DNA from: Pelagomonas calceolata
Taxonomy: Eukaryota
Direction: 5' to 3'
Assembly (NCBI GenBank): GCA_918797485.1
Contig: CAKKNE010000003.1
Span: forward strand, 186,001-250,000
Length of the DNA: 64,000 bases
A program made the position numbers and the translations under genes. Every line of letters begins with the position of its first letter. Position 1 is the stretch's first letter. The notes under the pieces are model-generated. The model was not told where the DNA came from. It saw nothing but the letters and a program-made list of their open reading frames with translations, and did not search any database. Shown in pieces: positions 10,508-22,050 of this stretch.

Positions 10508-11830
10508 TTAGCTGATGCTCTGCACGGGCGGCCCGCCGTCCGTCACTCCTCTAGGCCCGCAGAACTTGGCGATGGGCGCCGGGTGATGATACGAAACGGT
10601 GGCGCGCAACCCCAAGACCTCGGCCGGTGTCAAAAAGGTGTTCACCTGCAGCGTGCGGAAGATCGCGTCGCCCATGCCGCCGCCGCCGCACCTCCCAGGT
10701 TTCGTCCGCCCCGGGAAGGCCTCGCAGAGGAAGGCGTGCGACCGCTCCGCGAGCAGGAAGAAGGCCCACTGCTCCGCCGTGCGGAACGCTTGGAGGTCCA
10801 CAACTTCAAAGTTGTTGTAGAACGACGGGCACCGCGGCGGGCCCGCGCCGCTGCTCTTGCAGAGGGGCACGGGCAGTTTGACGCCGTCGGGCTCTGCTGG
10901 AACGTCAAAGACACACCGCAGCGCGCAGGGCGCCGTCGCCTTGTGAGCTCTAGGCTGCGTCGCGGGGCAGGCCACGGCGTTCGCCGAGCAGCCCGCCGAC
11001 GTCCACAGGTCCGTCTTAACGTCGGGGTTCGTCTGAGCATAGAACCGCGGCAGCGCGACGGCGCTCCCCGCCGTCTCGCGGTAGCCTCCTCCTAAAGTAG
11101 CGTACTTGGCACCTTTCCGCTTCATGAGCTCGAAGGGGTCCTGCTTCACCGATTGTAGCCGCGAGTCGCCGTCAATTCTCAAATAGTAGTCCAGCTTCCG
11201 CGTGAGCGGCGCGTGGTGAATCAAACCAGCGTAAAAGCGGCACATGAGCATGTACCCGAACCCATGAATGTTGTTCCTCGTTTCTCTCCTTAAATCACCA
11301 TCCACATGCAACTGCTGCCAGCCGCTCACTGTCGCGTTGACGTTGTAGAGGTAAGGAGGCAGCGCCTCGGGCCCGAAGACGACGGGGTGCCACCAGCTTT
11401 TATATTTGCCATCATTCATATTCAAGCCGACGGCCGTCTCTAATTTAGTTTTGTCCTCGTCGCGCCAGTCCGCATGATAAAAAAGTAGGGGGTATTTCGG
11501 GAACTTCCCGAGCAGAGAATTCTTGTTCAGGACACTTCTAGCGGACCGGATGGCCTGGTCCAGATACGTGCACTTGCCCCACTTCTTGTTCTGGCGGTAG
11601 GGCTGTCCACTTATATCCCTCAGGTCCTTGAGGAGGAAGACGACGCCCGCCCTTAGTCCATCCCCAAAATATGCGTCCATCTCCCGTTCCGACCGTTGTG
11701 TCTCCTCGGTCTCGGGGAAGACGCGCCGGATCATGTCCCGTAGATGGGGGTGCGTCGCCTCCGTCGTCGCGGCGGCCGTGGCTAGAAGGGCCACTATGGC
11801 TGCCATCGTCGCGGGCGGGGCAGCCCGCAT
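10508..11830 (-). CDS. Glycosyltransferase family 15 (KRE2/MNT1-like alpha-mannosyltransferase)
   Basis: Motifs GYMLMCRFY, DYYLRIDGDS, DPFELM and FYNNFEV; N-terminal signal/anchor. Confidence 0.8.
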   Translation of the reverse strand: MRAAPPATMAAIVALLATAAATTEATHPHLRDMIRRVFPETEETQRSEREMDAYFGDGLRAGVVFLLKDLRDISGQPYRQNKKWGKCTYLDQAIRSARSVLNKNSLLGKFPKYPLLFYHADWRDEDKTKLETAVGLNMNDGKYKSWWHPVVFGPEALPPYLYNVNATVSGWQQLHVDGDLRRETRNNIHGFGYMLMCRFYAGLIHHAPLTRKLDYYLRIDGDSRLQSVKQDPFELMKRKGAKYATLGGGYRETAGSAVALPRFYAQTNPDVKTDLWTSAGCSANAVACPATQPRAHKATAPCALRCVFDVPAEPDGVKLPVPLCKSSGAGPPRCPSFYNNFEVVDLQAFRTAEQWAFFLLAERSHAFLCEAFPGRTKPGRCGGGGMGDAIFRTLQVNTFLTPAEVLGLRATVSYHHPAPIAKFCGPRGVTDGGPPVQSIS

Positions 11831-12408
11831 CGATGCGTGCCGACCGTCGGCTGCTCGCGGAGAGTGAGCTGTGCGTGTCGCTGCGACGGCGTGCAGCGAT
11901 TGCGCTGCGTGCGCTGTGCGGCTTTCCTGCTTTGCCCTGCCTTGGCCAATGGCTGAGCTCTAGGGTCGCCTGGTACTTAATCCATCCGTGGTGTGACTGG
12001 TTCTGAGCGGTAGGTGGGATTTGAGAGACTTTCATTTTGTTCGGGTTGCGTCTAGTGTCTTACATTTTGCAATTTACGCTAGCTAATCTGCGGATTTGGC
12101 ACAACTAGGACCTAAACGCAATAACCGGCGTACGTCAGGAGCTCAGAACTCGCGAGCGGTAGTTCAGTAACCTACTCGTGAAGGCCAGCTAGCCAGCTTC
12201 CTTCAAAATGACGCAGGCTTGCCGGAGAGATACGAGATGTGCTCGCGACCAGACTGGCCCAAAATGCGGCCCAGTATGCTCTGCCTTTCCGAAGAGATGG
12301 TGACACACGCTGCAGACGTGCCGCATATATTCGCCGTTCGGCATACGCCGCCTAAAAAACCGAAAAACCGCCGTTGCTGACCGCGCGCCGTTCCCGCAGG
12401 TGAAAAAC

Positions 12409-13208
12409 ATGGCGCGCCTCCTCGCGGCCGTCGCGTTATTGGCGCCGGCGACGGGCTTCGTCGCGCCCGTCGCGCCGGCGTCGAGCAGCGCGCTGCGCGC
12501 CGACGCGTCCGGCATGGACGGCATCCAGGCGCCGACGGGCTTCTTCGACCCGCTCGGCCTCTCGAAGAGCGCGTCGGACGAGACGCTCGCGTGGTACCGC
12601 GCGGCCGAGATCAAGCACGGCCGCGTCGCCATGGCGGCCTTCCTCGGCTGCGTCGTCAACGGCCTCGGCCTCGAGTTCCCGGGCGCCATCGACGTCAACG
12701 GCGACTCCTTCGCGTCGCTCGGCACGACGAAGCTGCCGCTCGAGACGTGGGACTCCATCCCGGCGTCCGGCCGCATCCAGATCATCACGGCCATCGGCGG
12801 CATGGAGTGGGTCTTCGAGGCGCAGCAGCCCCACTACCTGCGCGGCGGCACGCCGGGCGCGATCCGGCTGACGCCGGGCACGGCGCCGTGGCACGCGTCC
12901 GGGTATGACCCCATGGGCAAGTACGACGCCGAGACGCGGCAGAAGAAGCGCAACATGGAGCTCGCGAACGGCCGCTTGGCGATGCTCGGCATGGCCGGCT
13001 TCGTCGCCGCCGAGAAAATCCCGGGCTCGGTGCCGATTTTGGCCAAGCTCGGCTTCGCGGGCGACTACGTTCGCACGCGGCGTCCGTTTCATATCGATCT
13101 CGATGCTATCGACGCGACGTCCGCGCCCTCACTGGTTACCACACGCAGGCCGGCACGATGCCGGGCAACCCGCTGCCCTCGACGATGGACCTGTCCATGG
13201 TATTTTAG
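12409..13208 (+). CDS. Light-harvesting (fucoxanthin-chlorophyll a/c) protein; intron 13069-13148
   Basis: FFDPLGL, YRAAEIKHGRVAM and ELANGRLAM motifs; bipartite signal. The intron joins GDY|AGTMPGNPLPSTMDLSMVF-stop. Confidence 0.92.
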
Positions 13209-13316
13209 ACGGCGGGCGAAAAGAGCCTCGGCCAGGGTGACGTAGACGGCGGGCGAAAAATAGTAGACGACGTGCGTAAAGAATACTATATATATATAAC
13301 CCCCCAGCGTGTGGAC

Positions 13317-16270
13317 CTACTTGAGCGACCGCGTCGCGATCTCGAACGTGTCCTTCGACAGGCCCTCGGTCTTGACGATCTCCTCGAGGCACGCCTTCAT
13401 GAGCCCGCCGCGCTTCGCGTCGTACTTCTTCCACGTGCCGAACGACCCGCAGAGGCGCGCCGCCACTTGATTATTGGTCTTGTCCGTCTGGATGACCTCG
13501 TCGCGGATGAAGGCGTAGCCCGAGCCGTCCGCCGCGTGGAACGCTCTAGGATTGGCGCCCGCGAACGTATTGACCACGGCTCTATAACGGTTCGGGTTCG
13601 TGCGGCTGAAGGCCTCGTGCGCCACGAGCTTCTTGACCGTCTCAAGGGCGTCGTCGGCGTCGGCGGAAGCTTGCAGCGCGAACCACTTGTTGACGACTAA
13701 TTCATTTCCAGCGCTCTCGTAGAACTTGCCCAGCACTTCTTCCCGCTCTTTTGTAGCTTCGCCCGCCAACGCCACGGCGGCCGCGAGCTGGTCCGTCATG
13801 CACTGGGCGTCTTCATAATGTTTTACGGACTGCTGCTCGAAGCCGCCGGCCCGCGCGAGATTCGCGAGACACGCGTTTCTCAGTCTCCTGCGGCCGACGG
13901 ACGCCGCTTCGACGTCATAGGGCGCGTCCGAATATAAGGAAGCGTAGACCTCCTTCAATTCCGTGGAACAGGCCCTGGCAAGCGCCTTCTTGACACTAGA
14001 CAAAGCTTCACATAACTTGACGGGGTCGAAGCCGTCGTCGAGCTTCAGGCCGAGCTCCGAGAAGCCGGGCACGGCCAGATTCAAAGCTCTTAATGAGGGA
14101 TCGCCGCTCTTGTCGTTGAGAGCAGCTCGGAACGTCGCGACGGCCGCGTCAAGGGAATCGCCCTTCCCAGCATCACCGGTGAACTCGTCTAGAATAGCCC
14201 TCGTATAAATCTGTTGGGCGGCGTCCCAGCGGTTCAAGGAATCGTCGTCGTTCGACGCTAAAAATAACAGTTCATCCTGCGTCAATTCTTGTTTAGCCGT
14301 CACAGGAGCTGAAAATCCTCGCAATAACGACACGACGTAGTCGTCGGGCGATCCCGTCACTGTACCAGAGAAGCTGAATGTCTGGGAAGCTTCTCTTAGT
14401 TCAAACAACTGCTCGTCGACCTTCTTGCCCGTTTTTTTATCAAACAAAGCACAGCTCACGGGGATGTGGAACGGTTGCTTCTCCGAGGCAGGTTGATTCG
14501 GCGTGTCGGCGCACGACTGCGATAGTGTCAGTGAGAACGTTTCACCATCAATCTTCTTGTCTGATAAGGTAACAGTAGGCGTGCCGGCCTGCGTGTACCA
14601 CCGCTCGAATTGAGTTAAATCTACACTATTAGCGTCGGCCATGGCACTTCGAAAATCATCACACGTGACTGCGGTCCCATCATGTCTCTGAAAGTACAAA
14701 TCCATACCCTTGCGGAAGCCAGGCCACCCCAGCAGCGTAGCGTACATCCTAATAACTTCGGCACCCTTGTTGTAGACAGTCACGGTATAAAAGTTGTCCA
14801 TGGCCACGTACGACTCCGGTCGGATGGGGTGGGCCATGGGCCCCGCGTCCTGCGCGAACTGGGCACTTCTCATAACTCTTACATCATCAATGCGCTTCAC
14901 CGCTCGGCTGGTCTGATCTTCCGTGAAGGTCTGGTCCCGGTAGACCGTCAACCCTTCCTTCAACGTTAATTGGAACCAGTCCCGGCAGGTCACGCGGTTC
15001 CCACTCCAGTTGTGAAAGTACTCGTGGGCGACGACGCCCAACACGCGATCATAATCTCCATCCGTCGCCGTCTGCGGCGCCGCCAAGACGCAGGCCGTGT
15101 TGAAGACGTTCAGGCCCTTGTTCTCCATGGCACCCATGTTGAAATCTTCCACGGCCACGACGTGGTAGACGTCCAAATCGTACTCCAGCCCGTACGTCTC
15201 CTCGTCCCACTTCATCGCGCGCTTCAGCGACTCGAGGGACCAATCTAATTGATCACAATTCCGGTGCTCGCTCCAGATCCTCAAGTCGACATCTCTCCCG
15301 GACTTGGTGGTGAACTTGCCCTGGATGCCGCCTAGATCGCCCGCGACCAGCGCGAAGAGGTAAGAAGGCTTCTTGAACGGGTCCTCGAACGAGGCCCAGT
15401 GCCGATCTCCAGACTCGCCCCGTCCCACTTCATTACCATTCGACAACAAAATGGGAAACTTCTTCTTGTCGGCCTCCACTCTACAAGTAAAGGCCGACAT
15501 GCAGTCGGGCCGGTCGTAGAAGTACGTGATTCTCCTAAACCCCTCGGCCTCGCACTGCGTGCAGAGGTTTCCCGAACTTTCGTAGAGGCCCGACAGCTGC
15601 GTGTTTTTGGCCGGCTCGATGCCGACCACGGTCTTCAGCGTGAAAGGTGAGGAAGGCGGTTTGTGCAACGTGAACGTCTCCTCACCCAATTCATACGCGT
15701 CCTTGGGCAGCTCTTTGCCGTCGACCTCCGCGCTCACTAAGCGGAGGTCCTCGCCATCTAATACCAAAGGCCCGCCTCCTGTCGGCGTCAATTTGAGAGT
15801 GGACGTGACGAGGGTCTCGTCGGTCTGGACGTTAAAGTCCAGATCGACGGAATCGATGGAGTAAGGTAGAGCAGCATAATCCTTGCGGAACTTCTCGACG
15901 GGCGGCGCGGCCGCTGCAGAACCACCTTGGGCGCCGCCGTGGCCCATGGTGGCGAGGGCGTGGTAGAGGCGCGACGACGGGCCTGCGTGTGTGTCACCGC
16001 GTGAGTCGGAACAGAGGGGTGGGTGGCGTCAACGAGTGAGTCGGGCGCGCCGACGCGGCCGCGCCGGCTAAATATCGTGGCGCACGGCGGTAGAGCCCGT
16101 CGCGTCGACGCACAGCGCAGCGCTTCACGATTTTTAACCGTGCACAGCTTCGAAGGCGCCGCGGAATTTGTACTGCGCTGCTGCTCGCGAGGCTTTGGAG
16201 ATCGGCGGGGCGCAGCTCTAAGAGCAACGACCGACCCGACACACACCAGCGAACGGACGCGAGCGAGCAT
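13317..16270 (-). CDS. pepN: Aminopeptidase N (M1 family) with spliced N-terminal targeting extension; intron 15983-16113
   Basis: GAMENKGLN and HEYFHNWSGNRVTCRDWFQLTLKEG motifs. A GTGCGT...CAG intron of 131 nt puts ATG 16270 in frame with the 13317-15947 ORF. Confidence 0.9.
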
Positions 16271-16455
16271 CCAGTGCAGTGGCTAGTCCGGCAGTGCAGC
16301 AATGCAAGTGCTACGCCAGCCCGAGCTTAATCAGACGCCGGAGCTCTTTGGCTTGCTAGTGTCTTATTTCGCTAGCTGAACGCGGGAATTCTTGGAGGCC
16401 CTCGCAGCCGCGAGGACTCGTAGAAACCCGAAAAACAGAAGAAGACTAAACGAAC

Positions 16456-17685
16456 CTAGTTCTTCGCCCCGCGCAGCGCTCTGGCAGGAAAGAGCGGCGC
16501 GACGGAGCGCCTTCTCGGCGGCGGCGCCGGCGGCGGAGACAAACGACGACGGAGGGGCTCCATCCAGCGGCGCCGCGGCGGCGCCGGAGGTTTTGGAGAG
16601 AAGTCGAACCAGGACCGCCGCCGCGGCGGCGCCTCGGGCTTGACGAACAGCTTCCGGTAGAGGCCCGCGGCACCGAGGCCGCACCGTTTTAGGACAGCAA
16701 CGACGCCGGCGCGCGACGGGATCGGAACGGGCAATCCTAAAGCCCGCCCCACGAGCGCCAGCACCGCGAGACTCTTAGCGGCGTCCGTCGCGTAGCCCAA
16801 CCGGACGCGCCTAGCGCGGTACCGCGCGTACCTGGCCGACGCGTGCTCGACGAGCGGCTCCGTGTGTTCTGATAACAATAAATCCTTGAGCAAGGCGAAG
16901 TCACTATGAGCTGCAAACTGGAACTGCGACGTGCCCCAGGGGTAGTGGCCGTCTCTGGCAATAATACCCAGAGGTTCACCTCTCTCGCGCCCTCGGGCAA
17001 AGGCTCGTTTCTCAAGCAACTCGCTGCTCTTCTCCCCAAAGTCGTAGACCTGAATATTATTTTTCGTGAACTCGTCGCGCAGCATCGCTCTATATTCCGC
17101 AAGCTCTTCGTCAGTGAGCGTGTCGGTCTTCGCGATGACCGGTACTATCGCCAATTCCCGTTGCACATGTCGCAAGAAATGTCTATCTATTTCAAGGAAG
17201 CGATGCGGCGAGATGAAGTAGACACAAGCGTGCACCAGCCGATCGCCGTCGGCCTCGGTCTCCTTACGCGCACCCGTTTCTGCTCTAAATTGCTCATCTC
17301 TACATTTCCGGATGTACTTCGTGATGGGCCTTACGGCGTGCTTGTGGTCGATATTATTACCAAAACCCGGCGTGTCCACGACTCGCACTCGGAGAATCGT
17401 ATTCGTGCGCTTGTCGTACCGCTCGATCTTCCTGCTCACATCCACGTGCGGCGTCGCCCTCCTGATCTTCCTCTTTTCTTGTGACGGGGAGTTCCCCTGC
17501 CAGGCGTCGAAGAGCATGTTGCACGTGGTCGTCTTGCCCAATCCAGACAGGCCGGCGACCATGACGTTGAAACTCACAACTCTCGGTTTGAGTTTCAATG
17601 AGGCGTAGTCCTGCTCCTTGTTCGAGGAGTTGTCGTCGGCGGCGGCGTGCGCGGCGAGCCATAGCACTAGGAGGCGCGGCGTCAT
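16456..17685 (-). CDS. Septin-family GTPase
   Basis: G1 FNVMVAGLSGLGKTT, G3 VVDTPGFG, G4 PVIAKTD, plus VHACVYFISP and YPWG..HSDFALLKDLLL. Confidence 0.9.
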   Translation of the reverse strand: MTPRLLVLWLAAHAAADDNSSNKEQDYASLKLKPRVVSFNVMVAGLSGLGKTTTCNMLFDAWQGNSPSQEKRKIRRATPHVDVSRKIERYDKRTNTILRVRVVDTPGFGNNIDHKHAVRPITKYIRKCRDEQFRAETGARKETEADGDRLVHACVYFISPHRFLEIDRHFLRHVQRELAIVPVIAKTDTLTDEELAEYRAMLRDEFTKNNIQVYDFGEKSSELLEKRAFARGRERGEPLGIIARDGHYPWGTSQFQFAAHSDFALLKDLLLSEHTEPLVEHASARYARYRARRVRLGYATDAAKSLAVLALVGRALGLPVPIPSRAGVVAVLKRCGLGAAGLYRKLFVKPEAPPRRRSWFDFSPKPPAPPRRRWMEPLRRRLSPPPAPPPRRRSVAPLFPARALRGAKN

Positions 17686-18087
17686 GCTAATTGCTTTTTT
17701 TGCTCTGAGCTTGCAGGTCGCACAGCTGTGCAAGTCGGGGCTCGCACAGCAATTCGCGGCGTCTCCAGCCTTTCTGTTGTGTGATATCCGTCTCCTGCTG
17801 CGCTCCACAGCGCCCCAGAGGCCTCAAAAGTTGCAGCGGCAGCGCAAAAATCGGATTAGCTAGCGGTGAAAGACACTAGAAAGCAAGCGGGACGCGACGC
17901 GGCTGCTAAACAGGCTGCTGGCAGAAGCTACTCATCAGAAATAGAGCGCGTAAGCAACTCCTGGCTATCGCAAACACGCTGCGCGAGCCCTGCTGTCAGG
18001 CGAGCCGCAGCAGCAGACCCCTCACCCCCTCACGCCGTCGAGGCAGGCCGCGGCGCGCATTCGTGGCGCGAAGCCGTCTTAGCTAGC

Positions 18088-19218
18088 ATGGCCACCTTCC
18101 GAGCCGCCTCCTTGGTGAGCGTGACGGAACTGGAAAAGCTCGTGAACCGCCTCACGGAGCAGTCGCAGATCGCCGAGAGCCAAAGAGCACAGTTAGCCAT
18201 GCGCCTCTCGGCGAACAACCGGGACGAGGAGACGCAACGATTGTTAGCGCGGACCGAGCTTGGGTTAAGGGACGTCAAGACCGCATTACGAGAACTTGAG
18301 GGAGAAAAAGAGAAATTAGTCGCAGCTAGGGAAGCGGCGAAACAAGCGAAAGAGGCAGATAGAAAGAGGAGAGCTCCCGCGCCGCCGACGCCCGCCGGGA
18401 CGAAGCTGGGGAAGTTTGTGGTCCCGGAGTGGATTAGTGGAAGGGCGCCGATGCTCCTCGAGGCGTCCAAGGACGGCAAAGCCTTGCAGACCATTGATTT
18501 GGCGAAGCGCGACTGTTTTATCTTGGGGAGGCAGCCGGAGTTGTGTCATGTCACGCTGGAGCACGCGTCCGTATCGCGGCAGCACGTGGCCATCCTGCAC
18601 GGCCAGCCTCCAGGACAAGCCCAGGGCTGGTTCTTAATTGATCTGGGCTCGGCCCACGGTACCGGTGCTTCTCCAGGCAAGGGACAGGCTTATGGGAGGG
18701 TGAAGAGCGACGCGCCGCCATTTGCTCTGGTGCCCGGGGCTTCGTTTCGCATCGGCAAGTCTAGTAGAGTCTACACGGTCAAGGAGGACGCGCGGCGCAG
18801 TCGCGGTTCTTCGTCGCGACCCGCTCCCACAGTACCGGAGCGGCCCCGCGACGACGACGACGACTCGGACGACGACGATGATGACGACATGATGCATCCC
18901 GACGACCGGGCGGCTGCTGCCGCACCGAAGCGCAAGCGCGAGGACGACGCTCCCGAAGCGCCGCCGCCCCCGAAGCGGCGCGAGGCCGCGCCGGCGCCGC
19001 CGCCCGCTTCGGAGCGGCCGCGGCCGCCGGCGCCTCCGCCTCCGCCCGCCCCAGAACCGGAGCCGGAGCCGGCGGCCGCGGCCGCTCCGAAGTGGACGAC
19101 GGCCGAGGTGAACAAGATGACTGTGCCCAAGCTGAAAGCTGCGCTGACGGAGCTCGGGCTGGCGACGGACGGTTTGAAGGCCGTGCTGAAGGCCAGATTG
19201 TTAGAGGCGCTCGAGTAA
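18088..19218 (+). CDS. FHA-domain + SAP-domain protein
   Basis: FHA motifs LGR, HASVSRQH, DLGSAHGT; C-terminal SAP motif MTVPKLKAALTELGLATDGLKAVLKARL. Confidence 0.85.
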   Translation: MATFRAASLVSVTELEKLVNRLTEQSQIAESQRAQLAMRLSANNRDEETQRLLARTELGLRDVKTALRELEGEKEKLVAAREAAKQAKEADRKRRAPAPPTPAGTKLGKFVVPEWISGRAPMLLEASKDGKALQTIDLAKRDCFILGRQPELCHVTLEHASVSRQHVAILHGQPPGQAQGWFLIDLGSAHGTGASPGKGQAYGRVKSDAPPFALVPGASFRIGKSSRVYTVKEDARRSRGSSSRPAPTVPERPRDDDDDSDDDDDDDMMHPDDRAAAAAPKRKREDDAPEAPPPPKRREAAPAPPPASERPRPPAPPPPPAPEPEPEPAAAAAPKWTTAEVNKMTVPKLKAALTELGLATDGLKAVLKARLLEALE

Positions 19219-19233
19219 GTAACAACAAAATTA

Positions 19234-20412
19234 TCAAAGCCGCTTGTCGCGCCAGACCTTCGTCCATCCATCTGCCGCAATAGGCGTCTCGCCGTCGAGA
19301 TCATCGTCCGCGTCGTCGTCGTCGGGCCGCGCGAGGAGCGCGTCGCGGATCGTGGAAAGCGTGGCCCGCGACCGGTCCGTCTCGGGCCCGGACACGTCCA
19401 GCGAGTCGATCAAATCGCGGAGGTCCCTGACCGCCGCCGGCGCCGTCAGCGCGAGCTTGCCGCACAAATGGGAGTGGGCCTGGCGCGGCGCGGCCCGCGT
19501 CGCCAGTGCGTGCGTGCAATACCGCGCCGCGACCTGGTTCCGCCCGCCGCGCGCGCCCGCGAAGACGAGGCGCGGCCGCCGCAACGCCCCCACCCCAGAC
19601 ATGATGCCGTCGCAGCCCGTCGCGGCAAAGCAATCGCGAACGTCCTCAGAATGCCGGATGTTCCCGTTCGAGATGCAGGGGATGCCGACGCTCTCCTTGA
19701 CGGCCCGGATCCAGGCCCAGTTCGCGAGCTGCGCCGCCGTCCGCCGGCCGCCGCCCGCGTGGCGCGTGCGGCCGTGGACCGTGATCATCTCGGCGCCGGC
19801 AGCCTCGAGCGCCTGGGCCAGCGCGACCGTCCGTGGCACGTCGTCAAAACAGCGGATCTTGACGACCGTAGCAACACGTGTCTGTGCAGACGCGTTGTGC
19901 GCGTCGACGGCGCTTCGCATGGCCGCGATGCAGCGCGTGGCCCGCGCCAGGTCCTCCATGAGAAAGGCACCGGAGCCGTTCTTCTTAGCGCATCGTTGCG
20001 GACAGCCCATATTTAGTTCCACCGCGTCGCAGAATGGCGCCACGAGCGCCGCCGCCGCCGCGAGCGACTCAGGTTCTGAGCCCCCCAACTGCGTCGTGAG
20101 TGGTCTATCTTCGCTCCCGCCCGTGAACGCGAATTCGTTTCGATACCTCTCGGACGCCACGTAGCCCGCCGCATCAATCATCGGCGTCGATGCTATGTCA
20201 GCGCCGTAGCTCCGACACAACAGCCGGAACGCCGGCTCGCTGTAGCCGACCAACGGTGCGACGAAGAGTTTTGGCGCCCCGATCGATTCGTACCATCTCC
20301 ATGCGACTTCATTGCGTTTTATTACAGGCGTGCGGCACAGCGGTGCATCATCCTTGCTTCTTTTGGTGCCCTCGAGATCGATGCGGCTTAGGTCCTGCAC
20401 CAATGCAGCCAT
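19234..20412 (-). CDS. tRNA-dihydrouridine synthase (DUS1-like)
   Basis: VAPLVGYSE, ELNMGCPQ, VKIR, TVHGRT and NGNI motifs. Confidence 0.9.
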   Translation of the reverse strand: MAALVQDLSRIDLEGTKRSKDDAPLCRTPVIKRNEVAWRWYESIGAPKLFVAPLVGYSEPAFRLLCRSYGADIASTPMIDAAGYVASERYRNEFAFTGGSEDRPLTTQLGGSEPESLAAAAALVAPFCDAVELNMGCPQRCAKKNGSGAFLMEDLARATRCIAAMRSAVDAHNASAQTRVATVVKIRCFDDVPRTVALAQALEAAGAEMITVHGRTRHAGGGRRTAAQLANWAWIRAVKESVGIPCISNGNIRHSEDVRDCFAATGCDGIMSGVGALRRPRLVFAGARGGRNQVAARYCTHALATRAAPRQAHSHLCGKLALTAPAAVRDLRDLIDSLDVSGPETDRSRATLSTIRDALLARPDDDDADDDLDGETPIAADGWTKVWRDKRL

Positions 20413-20651
20413 GCTGCAGTGTGCAGCCAGCGGCAAATGGCCACAGTGCAGCGATGGCTTCGCAGCGGTGGTGACGATCGTCGGGACTGGAACAGCACTC
20501 GCCAGCAGCAGTGCAGCCACCAATTGCTAGGCTAGCGATGCCACCTCGCAAAAACAAGGCTTGCTAGTGTCTTACTACGCTAGTTAGTTGCTGCCCTAAA
20601 GCAAAGAGAGAGAGTGGCACTGGGCTTCAACTGTTCAGGTCGGTGCGGAAA

Positions 20652-22040
20652 ATGCGCTCATTCATCCTCTTCCACTGCTGGGCCAGCGCTGCCGCCCTCA
20701 GCACCTCGACCAATGCGCTAAAGCAAGCCATAGACCTCGTGCACCGCAAGCATGATGCCGCGACGGCGCGCGCGGGGCAAGCGTTCCAGACCTGGTCCGC
20801 GGATGGTGCCGCGCCGGCCACCATAGACGTGCCAGTAGACGCGACGCCCTACGCCTACCCACCCAACTGCGCCGACGTGCCCGAGCTCTTCGCCGCGGCG
20901 CCGTGCTGCGCGGTCACGGCGGCGCCGCTCTTCAGCGCGGACGAGTGCGCCTTCATTATTGACGAGGCCGAGCGCAAGGATGGGTGGGTGCCCCAGGAGT
21001 TTCGGTACGCACGGGACGTCGTCCAGCAGTGCGAGGACCTCCCGGAGGTGAGAAGCTGGCTCGAGGCGGCCTGCCGCGACTCGCTGTTTCCGCTCCTGCA
21101 GCGGACGTTTCCTGAGGTCGTGGGCGACGGCGCCGCGGCGCGCGACGCGCTGCGCGTCTTCGATAGCAAGATACTGCGGTACGACTCGTCCAAGGGCGAG
21201 TCGCACCTGGGCGCGCACCGCGACGGCACGCTGCTGACGTGCGTCATCGCGCTGAATTCATTGGATGAGTACGAAGGCGGCGGCACGACGATGGAGCCAC
21301 TCGAACGGACTATAAGATACGACGTCGGGCGGGTATGTGTACATGCGGGAGAAGTGCGGCACGGCGGCGCGGCCGTATTGAAAGGTTGTCGCTACGCATT
21401 AGTGGTCTTCATTGACTCGGCGCTGGCCTTCGAGCCGGCGCGGGCGCTCGCCAACGAGGGCGACGCCCAGCGGTTGCGAGGCGACCTCGACGCGGCGGCC
21501 AAGCTCTACGACCACGCCATCGAGGCGGGGTCGAGGAATGAATTGCCGTGGTGCGGCAAGGGCCAGGTCGCCCTCGAGAAGGGGCAATTTTCCGAAGCCG
21601 CGGCCTGCTACGCAACTGCTGTCGATATTACTCCGACGCACGCTGTCGCCTGGACCAATCTAGGCGTCGCGCTGGCCAAGGTCGGCGCGCCCGCGGACGT
21701 GCCGGTCCTCAAAGAAGCGGCCACAGCGTTCCAGACGGCCGCGGCCCTCGACGAGCGCGAGCCGGCACCGCTCAACAACCTCGGCTTGCTCCTCGGCGAC
21801 CTGAACATCCACGACGCGGCCCGCGACGCGTTCCGCGAGGCGATCGCGCGCGCCGACGGCGTGCCGGCGCGCGAGCGCGCGGACCTCTACACGAACTTGG
21901 GATGTGCCCTCGTCGAGCTCGACGCCTTTGCGGAGGCGCTCGACGCGTTCCGGTCCGCGGTCGAGGCCGACCCGACCCACCAAAACGCGGCGAAGAACGT
22001 CCTCGCGATGCGGTCGTTCCTCGCTAGCAGTGCGGCTTAA
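20652..22040 (+). CDS. 2OG-Fe(II) oxygenase (prolyl/lysyl hydroxylase-like) fused to TPR repeats
   Basis: HRD...YEGGGT...HGG...G.RY.LV.F catalytic motifs followed by TPRs; signal peptide. Confidence 0.8.
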   Translation: MRSFILFHCWASAAALSTSTNALKQAIDLVHRKHDAATARAGQAFQTWSADGAAPATIDVPVDATPYAYPPNCADVPELFAAAPCCAVTAAPLFSADECAFIIDEAERKDGWVPQEFRYARDVVQQCEDLPEVRSWLEAACRDSLFPLLQRTFPEVVGDGAAARDALRVFDSKILRYDSSKGESHLGAHRDGTLLTCVIALNSLDEYEGGGTTMEPLERTIRYDVGRVCVHAGEVRHGGAAVLKGCRYALVVFIDSALAFEPARALANEGDAQRLRGDLDAAAKLYDHAIEAGSRNELPWCGKGQVALEKGQFSEAAACYATAVDITPTHAVAWTNLGVALAKVGAPADVPVLKEAATAFQTAAALDEREPAPLNNLGLLLGDLNIHDAARDAFREAIARADGVPARERADLYTNLGCALVELDAFAEALDAFRSAVEADPTHQNAAKNVLAMRSFLASSAA

Positions 22041-22050
22041 ATATTGTGTG

